A stretch of DNA of 64,000 nucleotides, taken from the human T2T-CHM13v2.0 reference genome, Homo sapiens. The notes beneath the pieces were generated by a model. The model made no database searches, had not been told where the DNA came from, and was given only the letters and a program-made list of their open reading frames with translations. The position numbers and the translations under genes are program-made. The stretch is from NCBI RefSeq assembly GCF_009914755.1, contig NC_060939.1. One strand, 5' to 3'. Shown piece after piece: positions 1-17,034 of the stretch (positions within the stretch are counted from its first letter, which is position 1; each line of letters starts with the position of its first letter).

Positions 1-2922
<2,922 letters not shown>

Positions 2923-2985
2923 TATGATGTTAGCTGGTTATTTTGCTTGTTAGTTGATGCAGTTTCTTCCTAGCCTTGATGGTCT

Positions 2986-4001
2986 TTACAATTTGGCATG
3001 TTTTTGCAGTGGCTGGTACCAGTTGTTCCTTTCCATGTTTAGTGCTTCCTTCAGGAGCTCTTTTAGGGCAGGCCTGGTGGTGACAAAATTTCTCAGCATT
3101 TGCTTGTCTGTGGAGTATATTATTTCTCCTTCACTTATGAAGCTTAGTTTGGCTGGATATGAAATTCTGGGTTGAAAATTCTTTTCTTTAAGAATGTTGA
3201 ATATTGGCCCCTACTCTCTTCTGGCTTGTAGAGTTTCTGAGGAGAGATCAGCAGTTAGTCTGATGGGCTTCCTTTTGTGGGTAACCTGACCTTTTTCTCT
3301 GGCTGCCTTTAAAATTTTTTCATTCATTTCAACTTTGGTGAATTTGACAATTATGTGTCTTGGAGTTGCTTTTCTCGAGGAGTATCTTTGTGGCATTCTC
3401 TGTATTTCCTGAATTTGTATGTTGGCCTGCCTTACTAGATTGGGGAAGTTCTCCTGGATAATATCCTGCAGAGTGTTTTCCAACTTGGTTCCATTCTCCC
3501 CATCACTTTCAGGTACACCAATTAGACATACATTTGGTCTTTTCACATAGTCCCATATTTTCTTGGAGGCTTTGTTCATTTCTTCTATTCCTTTTTCTCT
3601 AAACTTCTCTTCATGCTTTATTTCATTCATTTCGTTTTCCATCGCTGATACTCTTTCTTCCAGTTGATCACATCGGTTACTGAGGCTTATGCATTTGTCA
3701 TGTAGTTCTTGTGCCATGGTTTTCAGCTCCATCAGGTCCTTTAAGGACTTCTCTGCATTTGTTATTCTAGTTATCCATTCGTCTAATTTTTTTTTCAAAT
3801 TTTTAACTTCTTTGCCATTTGTTTGAACTTCCTCCTTTAGCTCGGAGTACTTTGATCTTCTGAAGCCTTCCTCTCTCAACTCGTCAAAGTCATACTCCGT
3901 CCAGCTTTGTTCCATTGCTGGTGAGGAGCTGCATTCCTTTGCAGGAGGAGAGGCACTCTGATTTTTAGAGTTTCCAGTTTTTCTGCTCTGTTTTTTTCCA
4001 T
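2986..4001 (-). pseudogene. Disrupted L1 ORF1 (RNA-binding protein)
   Basis: ATG at 4001-3999 (ATGGAAAAAAACAG, 1 nt shorter than consensus, so an early frameshift). The 3211-3915 ORF matches ORF1p (YVKRPN, ENTLQDIIQENFPNL) and ends at a premature TAG after ARRE. The natural stop is at 2986-2988. Confidence 0.93.
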
Positions 4002-5014
4002 CTTTGTGGTTTTATCTTCCTTTGGTCCTTGATGATGGTGACATACAGATGGGGTTTTGGTGTGGATGTCCTTTCTGTTTGTTAGTTTTCCTTCTAACAG
4101 TCAGGACCCTCAGCTGCAGTTCTGTTGGAGTTTACTGGAGGTCTACTCCAGACACTATTTGCCTGGGTATTAGCAGCGGTGGCTGCAGAACAGTGGATAT
4201 TGGTGAACTGCAAATGCTGCTGCCTGATCGTTCCTCTGGAAGTTTTGACTCAGAGGGGTACCCGGCCATGTGAGATGTCAGTCTGCCCCTACAGGGGGGT
4301 GCCTCCCAGTTAGGCTACTCAGGGGTCAGGAACTCACTTGAGGAGGCTGTCTGCCTGTTCTCAGATCTCAAGCTACATGCTGGGAGAACCACTACTCTCT
4401 TCAAAGCTGTCAGACAGGGACATTTAAGTCTGCAGAGGTTATTGCAGTCTTTTGTTTGTCTGTGCCCTACCCCCAGAGGTGGAGCCTACAGAGGCAGGCT
4501 GGCCTCCTTGAGCTGTGTTAGGCTCCACCCAGTTCGAACTTCCTGGCTGCTTTGTTTACTTACTCAAGCCTGAGCAATGGCGGGCGCCCCTCCCCCAGCC
4601 CCACTGTAACCTTGCAGTTTGATCTCAGACTGCTGTGCTAGCAAACAGTGAGGCTCCGTGGGTGTAGGATCCTCCAAGCCATGTGCTGGATACAATCTCC
4701 TGGTGTGCCATTTGATAAGCCTGTTGGAAAAGCGCAGTATTAGGGTGGGAGTGACCTGATTTTCCAGGTGCCATCTGTCACCCCTTTCTTTGACTAGGAA
4801 AGGGAATTCCCTGACCCATTGTGCTTCCCAGGTGAGGTGATGCCTTGCCCTGCTTTGGCTCATGCATGGTGTGCTGCACCCACTGTCCAGCACTCCCCAT
4901 TGAGATGAACCTGGTACCTCAGTTGGAAATGCAGATATCACCTGTCTTCTGCATCACTGACGCTGGGAGGTGTAGACTGGAGCTGTTCCTATTCGGCCAT
5001 GTTGCCTCCATCCA
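4002..5014 (-). promoter_or_regulatory. L1 5'UTR internal promoter region (YY1-site-like CAACATGGCC near the 5' end; CpG-decayed)
   Basis: Lies between the L1 5' end and the ORF1 ATG. It retains the ~129-bp segment (~4131-4258) that L1PA2/L1HS lack, and shows many CpG>TpG/CpA changes. Confidence 0.8.
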
Positions 5015-6371
5015 CTAATTTTTAACTTTCAAATGATTAGATACATTTACCCTCTTCTGAATTTTAATTCCTGATGAAAAGATTCTGAAATCTCAAGAGG
5101 ATAATGAATCAGCTTCTGATTACATTCTGGAATTACGATTTGATCACCCATCCAAGAATGCATATTCACTTTCCTTTACATTACACACATGCATAATACC
5201 ATGCTGAGTGATGCTGGAAAAAGTGAGTCTTCAGTAATGCCCTCATGAAATTACAGTCTCACTACACCGAGGTATTTTCTTTTTAACCCTTTTTTTCTTT
5301 TCTGCTGTGAATATGTGCCTTCTAAGAGGTGAACAACTGGGAAAAACTGAAAAAGAACCTTCATCTAATTCAGTAACTAGCTTTTGTATCTTCTAAGAAT
5401 TTTTATCTCCAGAAAGCTCTAATCTTCATTCCTTTAAAGCTTTATTTCTCTCTCCTTTCCAACACCAGATTTTTCTCTGTTTGTTTTCTATACCCTTTTT
5501 AGAGATGCCTACAATAGAAAAAAAACTATGACATATTCAATACATCTGAAAAGTTTGCATTGCCATAGATAAGAATGAATTGTCTGTTTATAAAGAAAAA
5601 AAATAAAAATATGAACCAAGAAAGCACAGAAGGTAGTAACCACATTTAGATGTTTATCATGGAATCATCTTTATAATCCATCTGTTACAATTCCACAGAG
5701 CAAATTAGAAGTAATTGTGAAGTTTCCCCTCATTTTATAGGTTTGGTCTTATAAGGCATACAACACAAATTTTAATTACTTTTCTTTTTGGTATTTGGAT
5801 CTTAATTTGGTCAAGTGGTCACTGGGTAGATGATGGAGCCTCTTGAGACATACAGTCTTCTAGCTTTGTTGATGTAAATATTACTGTGTAGTTTTCATTC
5901 ACTTATTATTTTACAAGGCATGCTTCATTAAAAATATGTCAGCATCTCATTGACAAATCACAAAATTTAAAAGGCACAAGAAAAAAACAATTTATTTGAA
6001 ACATTCCTGTGTAAAAGTAGTCACCACTCTTACTATTCCTCAAATATTTTTATTATATTTAAACACAAGCCTAGTTTTATCTCGAGTGTCTGACCTTGAT
6101 GATATTGTACACTTTAAACTTAGAAAAAATTGAACTCTATTGGAAATTTCCTACAGATCAGCTTTTCTAGATGCCAAGCGCCTTGTTTCAGCTGCGGTGA
6201 TGACAGCAAATTGGGTTCTCAGGGTTTCTGGCCTCTGGCATCATCTCAGTTGTTTATAATTGAAGTTGGCTCTGATGAGAACTCAGCTTAGATGCATGGT
6301 TGTACTGCTGGGCTTAAGGCTGGCCTGCCAGGAGGTTGCATTGAGGTGTAACTAGGCAAAGAAAGAAGGAG

Positions 6372-6820
6372 TTTATTGAGGCACTACTGACAATAGCAAA
6401 GACTTGGAACCAACCCAAATTTCCAACAATGATAGACTGGATTAAGAAAATGTGGCACATATACACCATGGAATACTATGCAGCCATAAAAATGATGAGT
6501 TCATGTCCTTTGTAGGGACAAGGATGAAGCTGGAAACCATCATTCTCAGCAAACTATCACAAGGACAAAAAAACAAACACCACATGTTCTCACTCATAGG
6601 TGGGAATTAAACAATGAGTACACATGGACACAGGAAGGGGAACATCACACACTGGGGCCTGTTGTGGGGTGACGGGCTAGGGAAGGAAAAGCATTAGGGG
6701 ATATACCTAATGTAAATGACGAGTTAATGGGTGCAGCACACCAACATGTCACATGTATACATAGGTAATGAACCTGCACTTTGTGCACATGTACCCTAGA
6801 ACTTAAAGTATAATAAAAAA
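6372..6820 (+). mobile_element. 5'-truncated L1PA (PA4/5-like) 3' end with poly(A) and 10-bp TSD
   Basis: ORF2 end plus 3'UTR (...GTACCCTAGAACTTAAAGTATAATAAAAAAA). TSD AAAGAAGGAG at 6362-6371 and 6821-6830. Confidence 0.95.
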
Positions 6821-8418
6821 AAAGAAGGAGGTTGGGCAAAATTACCAACAATCTTCAACTATGAATTTTTATGAGTAGGGGCTTCCCACACCATCAGGCA
6901 CTCCAAGTTGGAGAAACAAGGGATGTTATATTGAAAGTTTAATTTTTTAGGCTTGATAGTCAGATTAGGGAAGTTTTGGGTATACCTTTCCCACTCTAGA
7001 GCCCTCTCCCTAACTCATGGCCAATTTGGGACATGGGCTCAATGGAAAAGAGTGCCGAGATCAATTAGAAATATCCTTCATGAACATAGGAGGCAGGCAT
7101 TCTGGCCAAGGGGTGCGTCTTCCCACTTTGTAATCCAGAGTGCGATTTCTTCTTTCTATCTGTCCCTCTGTAAATAAGCATTGGGTGAAGGACAAGCTAG
7201 TTACAACTGAGGATGGAATGAGATTCTAGCAGAATTGCAAAATGAACTGAGAGCCACGAAAGTGTTCCTCTGTGAACCAGCAGAGAGATCTGTGGAAGGC
7301 AAAGGAAGAGGAGCCAAGAGGCCAGATAACATTCCTGCTTCCCCTACATTGTGAAAGTGAAATTATCAGCAACGTATATCAGTAACTAACCAGAGGCTTT
7401 TTGGAGAGTAAGACTTCTGATAGATACCTCAATAGCTGAAGTTGCTCTTCAGTACTGCACATAACCTGTGGACAGATTTTCATCATTATTAATTCATTTA
7501 TTCAACAGATAGATATTAAATTCAAGGCATAGTTCTAAACTATGCAGTCAATTACAAAAAAATAATGAAGGGCATTAGCTGTGCCTCATAGGACGTTAAA
7601 ACTCTAGGTGCTGAATGAGACAAATAGGGTTCCCACATCAAGTGCCTGGGCTCCTGTTATAACCTGGACTGTGCTTCCAATGACTTCTCTTGTTTCTGTT
7701 TTGGTAAACCCATCATTTGGCTTAGTCCCTATCCTTGCCATGCTCGCCCACCAGTAGGTGGACCTCCTTGACTATAACTACAGACATAGATCTTCGATTG
7801 TTTCTTTTCAAATGTTTGCTTACTTTAGATCTGCAGTCAAATGTTGTTTTGACCATAAGACTCTGAGGGTGTGTGTGGTTGAAACTGTCTTGAGACTCAA
7901 AGAGCTATTGAGGAAGGGATTTGGTAGCTGAACTCTTTTGAAGTTTTTCTCTGTCTCTCACACATCTGGGGCTCAATAGTTTAATATATTGTTTAATTTC
8001 TACATCAATGATAGTTTAATTGGCATTCATGCAAGTCAGTTCTGCTGGGAGTTTATTATCCTACTCCAATAGCAAGTAAAGCATTCCTTAAATATAGTGT
8101 ATGTATAAATTCTACATGGTAAGTGAAGCTGTCTTTATGAATTGCTGCTATAGAATATACTAGATTGTGTAGGTTTTAGTACAATCCAGGTAATTATCAA
8201 GCCTTTGTAATATTTTCAGGAAAGTGATCCTTTCACTTCAGTTTATGGAACTTGGAAAGTTTTCAGTTACCACCCACTTGTTAGATCATAAACTTAATTC
8301 TATGTATCTGAATTTATTTTTCTATTTATAAATTTATCTGGATGTTTTCTCAAAGGTTTCCCAGATTAAAAACCTATGGCTTTGTAAAATTAAAACAGAA
8401 GTAATAAGAATTGTGTTA

Positions 8419-8750
<332 letters not shown>

Positions 8751-8802
8751 AACTAGAATCATACAATGAGAGAGATTGTATAGCCCTTTTAATTGTCCAT
8801 AA

Positions 8803-9160
<358 letters not shown>

Positions 9161-11252
9161 TGATGATTTTCATTTAATGGTGTTCTACAAAGTGAGTTCA
9201 GGCAATGAAAGCACACATGTCATCTACAGTTTACCAGAAAGTAGTACCGGTCACCAGCATTGAAACATACTCCTAACACTGGAAAATTTCTTCAGCAGCC
9301 AGAATTAATCTCAGATTTTGAGACTGGAGCAAAGACTAATTTGGTATGTGTTCATTCAGATTAGTAAATCTCCATGGTGTTCAAACTGTATAATATCAAA
9401 TCTAAAATAAGTCAAAAGAGTTGAACCATATCTCATCTCTGAGAAAAAAAATGCATTATTTTCAACAGATTTAAGACTGAATTTAAAATCCAACTGCCTA
9501 TTCCAGTGTATGTTTCTCTAGAATAAGGCCAAGCCCTACAAATTCTGGATAGTGTCCTCCAAGTTGTGTTTAAGTGATAATTGATAAATCTATGGTTTAG
9601 ATACATATGGAATTCCATATAACTCTAGCTCCAGCCTTTGTGAGTAAAAATTGGCAGTGATCATGGCCTTAATGGGGGCATGTGGTTAATTGGAATTTTC
9701 AGTACCAAAAGTCGTCTTCTTACTAGTTTATCAGGGTACCTTATAATAGTATCCGTAACTCATTGCCCACTTGTCTGTTTTGATTTCTTTTTTAAAAAGA
9801 CAATTTTAAACTTAGAGGATTTGTACCTCAAGTCACATATGCGGCACATTTATAAAATAATCATGCCTTTGCATATTTTTCCTTTGATATCTTAGCTATA
9901 TATCCAAGCCATTTATGTTTTTTAATTGCCACAAATATTGCACTGAAATAGAGCACTAGTTGCAAAAATGCCTGGTATAACATTTCTTCTTGTTCTTGAA
10001 AGTTATTTTAATACCCCATGTTTAAGATATTCCTAGACAACTATATGTAACTATAATTATTTCTGCTAGGTAGAAACATCTTTGTGGTCAACATTTGTGA
10101 AGTGCCTTGTAAATAAAAACATGCTTGAGTAGAAATAGTATTTTGCAAATATAGCCCTAAATAGAGCTACTGATTTTACCAAGAATTAAAGACTCCAAAC
10201 TCTGTCTTTGTCTTTCAAATTTGGTTTATAGGAACATCTCATTACAATGAGCAAAAAGCCTATATGATCATTAATGAGATAATTTTGACACTTCTAAATG
10301 ACACAGCTAATTTGTAGTAGGTTTTTGAAGTGCAAATTACATGTTTCTGTTTAAATAATGACAGTAAAATATAGACACTATGTATTCACACTCTATATAC
10401 ACAACTAACTCCAACTTGTCTCTAGAAGAAAAGTTTAATTTTTCAGGTCTCATCCATAAAATGAAGTGTTAATAAGCTGTATCTTTATTCTCACTTTTAA
10501 GTAATTTCTTCTTAACCATTGTATAACACTACTACAGTTTGTATGGAGATAAAATAACTCATGGTGAGAAATCCAGTTCTTTAAAGAAATGATTTTACCT
10601 TCAATCACTTTTAGGATATCTATGGTTTTAGAGTAAGGATGAAAATTTATAAACATTTGTTAAATTATGCAACTGTTTTTGAAGATGTTTCAAAATTACA
10701 CTTTCCTTATTTTACAACTAGTTTTCATATATTCACAAATGAGACACATGAGAATTATTAATGCAAAAGCATAGCATATCAACAAAGTTTATAATGTAAA
10801 TAGTTTAGTTAGGAAAGAATGTAATGAGTGAATTATCAAAGCTATTTTATTGGTTCCTAGATTTACCATAGAAGAAAATAAAGCAGCCTTATAAAAATTT
10901 CTCAGCACTGAGTCCATTTAAGGTCTATTTTGTATGCTGTAAGTTCTACAAAATGTTATTGCTGGTAAAAATAGGGTACATATCTAAAATTGTCTTTTTA
11001 AAGGTTCTTTCTTATTCTTCTTCCCTTCCTATGTGTGCACAGAATAATGTCATCGTCTTGATTGGAACACTGTCTCTCTTTCTCAGAGGGTGTACATTTG
11101 TAGAAGGGAGAAAATATTTGTTAATTTTGCTTCCTATAAAATAAGGTCTCAATGGTTGAAGGTCAGTTAACAAACTTTTTTTTTGGTCTTCATACTATTA
11201 TCTTGGAATTACCAACTGGCTTCTATTTAGATTTTGAATAATGAAAGAAAAG

Positions 11253-11480
11253 AACTAGCATTTGTTAGAACTTACTGTGTTCCAGAAACTTTATTGATGC
11301 CATTTCTTCTCATTATCACATTCATTCTTTCAATTAGTATTATTTTTTTCCATCTTAATAAGGTGGGACCAGAGGTTTTGTAATATCCACTAACCCACTG
11401 TGGATTTCATGGCTTGCAAGAGGAAGAAAGCATGGTGGAACTCAGGTTTCTCGGATTCCAAATTCACATCCTTTCATGTC
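11253..11480. mobile_element. MIR remnant
   Basis: Degenerate MIR-like motifs (ACTAGCATTTGTTAGAACTTACTGTGTTCCAG...; GAACTCAGGTTTCTCGGATTCCAAA). Confidence 0.55.
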
Positions 11481-11562
11481 TCCATGAAAAATAGAAAAGA
11501 TAAATTGGGCTCTATTTTAACAAGAAAAACACAATTTTTCGTCAGTTAAATGAATAATTCTT

Positions 11563-11677
11563 TTTTATTTTATTTTATTTTATTTTTATTATTATACTTT
11601 AAGTTTTAGGGTACATGTGCACATTGTGCAGATTAGTTACATATGTATACATGTGCCACGCTGGTGCGCTGCACCCA
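11563..11677 (-). mobile_element. Very short young L1 (L1PA2/L1HS-like) 3' tip with perfect 16-bp TSD
   Basis: T-rich tail then TTATACTTTAAGTTTTAGGGTACATGTGCACATTGTGCAG...CTGGTGCGCTGCACCCA. TSD TAAATGAATAATTCTT at 11547-11562 and 11684-11699. Confidence 0.92.
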
Positions 11678-12439
11678 GATACCTAAATGAATAATTCTTA
11701 AACCTCAAAAATAAAACGTAGCAAAACCTCAATTCAAGAGTAGACATAAAGGTTGTGACATGGGTAGCAGGGACATATGTCTAATGACATACATATTCTA
11801 TGCATATCTGACCAAAAATCTCCCTCATGATTTTCAAATCAGATGCATAACTACATTTAATGAATTTCACGAATCATTAATATCAGGCTCTGAAAACAGG
11901 ATCATTAAAAATGATTAAGATTTTCAACAACAAACATCTTATCTAAATAGTAAGGAAATTATATTAGATGGCTCCATTCCCTGGGCAGTCTAATTAACAA
12001 TTCAACTTGTTCAAAGCTATTAAATATGACAACTTAAAAAATTATGAAAGTTTTTCTAACTTTGTGCTTAAGATAGTTGGCCATTCTTCCTCTTGGGAAA
12101 AAGAAGCGCAGATTTTCTGTCGAAGCATTTTGCTATTGCTTTTCAATTTCCTTTTATGGAAAATAGATAAAATAGCAATTTTTTAATTATAAATTTAAAG
12201 TCAAAATGGAGATAATTAAGTATCTCCATTAATTAAGTAAATATTATTTTTTTAAAAAATAGCATTTACTAAATTCTAATCAATCAATTGATTGACTATT
12301 TTTATCCCTGGCTCAATGTAACTCTCTTTGACATATTCTTGTCTTAATTCTAGTTTATGTCAACAATGTGTAATCATAGATGACTCTTTGCCATTTTCAT
12401 CTCTCAGTTCTATGAACACCTTTGATCTAACGATAATGT

Positions 12440-13135
12440 TTTCCAAAAGAATTATTTCTACTCAAACTTCTGAGATCAAATTTGTAGATTTAGTCTCACC
12501 CCAATCAATTCTTCAACTCTCAGGACACCAAATGGTGTCCTACAATTCAATTCAATCCTGAGACTATCTATCTGGAGATAACATCAGATCCCAAAAGTTC
12601 AGGGTTCAGGCCCACAAGACTGACCCCCACCATTAGAGAGGAGTTGTCGGCCTCCCATACTCCTGACCAACTGTCTATAAATTAGGACTTCCATGGATTC
12701 CTTCCCCAGGTTCTATAATTTGCTAAGATGGCGCACAGAACCCAAGAAAGCACTTTGCTTACAGTTACTGTCTGATACAAATCAGGAACTGTCAAATAGA
12801 AGAGACACATAGGGCCAGGTATGGTGAAAAGGGGCACAAAGCTGCCATATGACCTCTAAGTATATCACTGTATCACGCTCCCAGCACCTCAGAGGTGATG
12901 GAGGAGAGAGCTGACAGTTTCAACCATCTAGTTATGCCTTCATGTTTCTGATGTCCAGCACCCACCCTGAAGCTATACGGGTCTCCAGCCACCACTCATG
13001 TCATGTCAATAGCATAAACTCAGGTATGGCTAAGAGGGACTTATGACTAGTAAAGGATGGTCCTCTCATCTCTATCAGGAAATTACAAGTTTTAGGAGCT
13101 CTGTACTGTGAACTGGGGAGGAAGACCAAATAGGA
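12440..13135. mobile_element. MER21-like LTR (ERV-derived)
   Basis: GGTGTCCTACAATTCAATTCAATCCTGAGACTATCTATCTGGAG...CCCACAAGACTGACCCCC resembles the MER21 consensus as I recall it. Boundaries are approximate. Confidence 0.7.
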
Positions 13136-13149
13136 CATAGCCTAGACCA

Positions 13150-13335
13150 GTTGTGCTAACTACTGTGTGCCTCAAAATTGCCTACAGTTGTGTTACAATA
13201 AGAGATTGCTGAGACCTGCTATTGGAATTTCAGATTTGGTAGATCTGGGGGTGTAACCTGAGAATATGCAGTTCTAGTAAGTTCCCAGGTGATGCTGATG
13301 CTGCTAGCACAGGGACCACACTTCCAGACGGACTG
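13150..13335. mobile_element. MER5A-like hAT-Charlie DNA transposon remnant
   Basis: CCTGAGAATATGCAGTTCTAGTAAGTTCCCAGGTGATGCTGATGCTGCTAGCACAGGGACCACACTT is a typical MER5A end. Confidence 0.75.
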
Positions 13336-13379
13336 AGTGAAGCATCGTCGTTACTTATAATAGGAACTTCTCTGTAGTC

Positions 13380-13975
13380 ACAATTTCATTCATCCCATTC
13401 TCTGAGCTCCTCCTTTAATCATTCCCTTTCATACGCTGACATAAAATTTTTCAATCTCTCTGAGACCTCCAAACTATTATTTTATCATATTCACAATGAC
13501 CCTTACCTACTTGATGTACTCTATTTCCTGTTCTCCTGCCTAAATTCCATGGCCAACCATTCCCGGGAAACTTCAACTTCCTTGTTTCTCTTTCACTTTG
13601 CTGAATCTAACCAGGAAAATAACCCTGGTTAGATCCAAATTTCCACCAAATCCCCACATATATTTGAGCAACTAGCTATATGGATCAAATTGAAAAATAT
13701 CCCACTTGAAAATGAGAATCTCAGTGCTGCCTATCAATCAATCATACTACATATGTTCCAATCTATTCACTCTCTAATTTACCTAGTTTTGTACCTTATC
13801 CTGTCTCTAATCCCTAACACTTCCCCAGAAATCCTCAATGTCTTTTTGGTTGTGCTTCCCTGAGAACATTGAATCATCCAAAGACAACTTCCACAGACTC
13901 CTGAAACCATTTAAACTCACTTTCCCATGTCTACACCCACATACTCTCCATTTTCACCTATTATTATCTGTGAAA
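13380..13975. mobile_element. Probable LINE-2 remnant
   Basis: Pyrimidine-rich diverged sequence with L2-like motifs (AACCCTGGTT; TTCCCTGAGAACATTGAATCATCC). Recognition is weak. Confidence 0.45.
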
Positions 13976-14905
13976 TAACTGGCCCCTATCTGTATATTGT
14001 CTGATGATGATTTCTATATTACATGTGAAGAAAATGAGAATAGGGTTAGAGCTACTTTCTCATTATAGCATAGCTTAGAATCAAATCCACGCAGTCCACC
14101 ACTGAAACTGGGGTTCCAAGTCAGTGTATTTGGAGAAGGAGAGCTAGTAGAAAAATAAGGATGAAAAGATCCAGGATGAAGATTCTGATGGAAGAAAAGG
14201 ACATTTTTACTATTATGAATTCCTTGAAGTAGACCTTAAGCATTCTCATCTGGACAAATATCCATTCATCCACTCCAGTGAGCTGATTAAGTTTTAGGAT
14301 TTTAAGGGTCAGTGAACACTTATTCCTCATTCAGCAGTTAAAGAAGGATTAATATGAATATTATCTTGGAGAAGTTTAATTTAAAACATATTTGATTGAT
14401 TTTTGGCAATTGTCTTCTATCAGATCTTTACCAATCCATATGAGTTGGTAGGAAGGGAGAAAACACAAAATTTAATAAGATGCCTGAAGTTAGGGAACAT
14501 TTTATAACCAACTCAGGGGGAAAAATGCTCAAAAGGGGAAAGATGAGGACAGAAAATACATTTCAAAGATTTTAACTTTTTGACAAAATGTCAATTCTAT
14601 GCAAGAAAAACTGATTGTGTGAATATAACTTTGTCATTTACATCTGCCAATGTGTTCAGAAATATACAACCTATATTTTTTTAATAGTAGTTTGTTAACA
14701 CAAAATTTATTCATCAAAATATCTAAAACATTCTAAAAATACTAAAAATTTTCAATTTAAAGATTAAGCTAAACAGCTCTGTATATATAAGTAAGCTCAA
14801 ACAAACGTGCATGCTCCCCAACAATGACACTGCTACAGATATTGACTGGTGGTTTTGGTTTCATTTCATTTTATAATGGCAAATCTGGTTAAGACCCAGA
14901 TTCTG

Positions 14906-15200
14906 GGCTGGGCGCAGTGGCTCACGTCTGTGATCCCAGCGCTTTGGGAGGCTGAGGCAGGCAAATCACAAGGTCAACAGATCGGGACCATCCTGGCCAA
15001 CATGGTGAAACCCCATCTCTACTAAAAAAAATACAAAAATTAGCTGGGCATGGTGGCACGTGCCTGTAGTCCCAGTTACTTGGGAGGCTGAGGCAGGAGA
15101 ATCACTTGGACCTGGGAGGCAGAGGTTGCATGAGCCGAGACTGTGCCACTGTACTCCAGCCTGGTAACAGAGAGATACTCCATCTCAAAACAAAACAAAA
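14906..15200 (+). mobile_element. Full-length AluSc-like element with (CAAAA)n tail
   Basis: GGCTGGGCGCAGTGGCTCAC...ATCACAAGGTCAACAGATCG (Sc-type). TSD CCCAGATTCTG at 14895-14905 and 15202-15212. Confidence 0.95.
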
Positions 15201-15239
15201 CCCCAGATTCTGAACTGACTCTCACAATAAGGATCTCAA

Positions 15240-17034
15240 TTGCTTCAAAGAGAATAAAATACCTAGAAATCCAACTTACAAGGGATGTGAAGGACCACTT
15301 CAAGGAGAACTACAAACCACTGCTCAATGAAATAAGATACAAACAAATGTAAGAACCTTCCATGCTCATGGGTAGGAAGAATCAATATTGTGAAAATGGC
15401 CATACTGCCCAAGGTAATTTATAGATTCAATGCCATCCCCATCAAGCTACCAATGACTTTCTTCACAGAATTGGAAAAAACTACTTTAAACTTCATACGG
15501 AACCAAAAAAGAGCCTGGATTGCCAAGTCAATCCTAAGCCAAGAGAACAAAGCTGGAGGTACCACGCTGCCTGACTTCAAACTATACTACAAGGTTACAG
15601 TGACCAAAACAGCATGGTACTGGTACCAAAAGAGAGATAGAGGCCAATGGAACAGAACATAGCCCTCAGAAATAATGCCACATGTCTACAGCTATCTGAT
15701 CGTTGACAAACCTGACAGAAACAAGAACTAGGGAAAGGATTCCCTATTTAATAAATGGTGCTGGGAAAACTAGCTAGCCATATGGTTCCCTTCCTTACAC
15801 CTTACACCTTATACAAAAATTAATTCAAGATGGATTAAAGATTTACATGTTAGACCTAAAACCATAAAAACCCTGGAACAAAACTAGGCAATACCATTCA
15901 GGACATAGGCATGGGCAGGGACTTCATGTCTAAAACACCAAAAGCAATGGCAACAAAAGCCAAAATTGACAAATGGGATCTAATTAAACTAAAGAGCTTC
16001 TGCACAGCAAAAGAAACCACCATCAGAGTGAACAGGCAGCCTACAGAATGGGAGAAAAGTTTTGCAATCTACTCACCTGACAAAGGGCAAATATCCAGCA
16101 TCTACAATGAACTCCAACAAATTTACAAGAAAAAAGCAACCCCATCAAAAAGTGGGAGAAGGATATGAACAGACACTTCTCAAAAGAAGACATTTATGCA
16201 GCCAAAAAACACATGAAAAAATGCTCACCATCACTGCCTATCAGAGAAATGCAAATCAAAACGACAATGAGATACCATCTCCCACCAGTTAGAATGGCAG
16301 TCATTAAAATGTCAGGAGACAACAGGTACTGGAGAGGATGTGGAGAAATAGGAACACTTTTACACTGTTGATGGGACTGTAAACTAGTTCAAACATCGTG
16401 AAAGTCGGTGTGGGGATTCCTCAGGGATCTAGAACTAGAAATACCATTTGACCCAGCCATCCCATTACTGGGTATATACCCAAAGGATTATAAATCATGC
16501 TGCTCTAAAAACACATGCACACGTATGTTTATTGTGACACTATTCACAATAGCAAAGACTTGGAGCCAACCCAAATGTCCAACAATGATAGACTGGATTA
16601 AGAAAATGTGGCACATATACACCATGGAATCCTATGCAGCCATAAAAAATGATGAGTTCATGTCCTTTGTAGGGACATGGATGAAACTGGAAACCATCAT
16701 TCTCAGCAAACTATCACAAGGACAAAAACCAAACACCACATGTTCTCACTCATAGGTGGGAATTGAACAATGAGAACACATGGACACAGGAAGGGTAACA
16801 TCACACAATGGGGACTGTTGTGGGGTGGGGGGAGGGGGGAGGAATTGCATTAGAAGATATACCTAATGTTAAATGATGAGTTAATGGGTGCAGCACAACA
16901 ACATGGCACATGTATACATATGTAACAAACCTGCACGTTCTGCACATGTACCCTAAAACTTAATGTATAATAATGATAATTAAAAAAGGAAATGAAAACA
17001 TATGTCCACACACACAAAAAAAAAAGAAAAAAAC
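15240..17034 (+). mobile_element. 5'-truncated L1PA3/4-like element (~1.75 kb) with short 3' transduction
   Basis: ORF2 C-terminal peptides ([19 protein letters not shown]; [10 protein letters not shown]; IPFDPAIPLLGIYPKD), 3'UTR, first A-tail at ~16967-16987, extra DNA, second A-tail. TSD TAAGGATCTCAA at 15228-15239 and 17035-17046. Confidence 0.95.
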
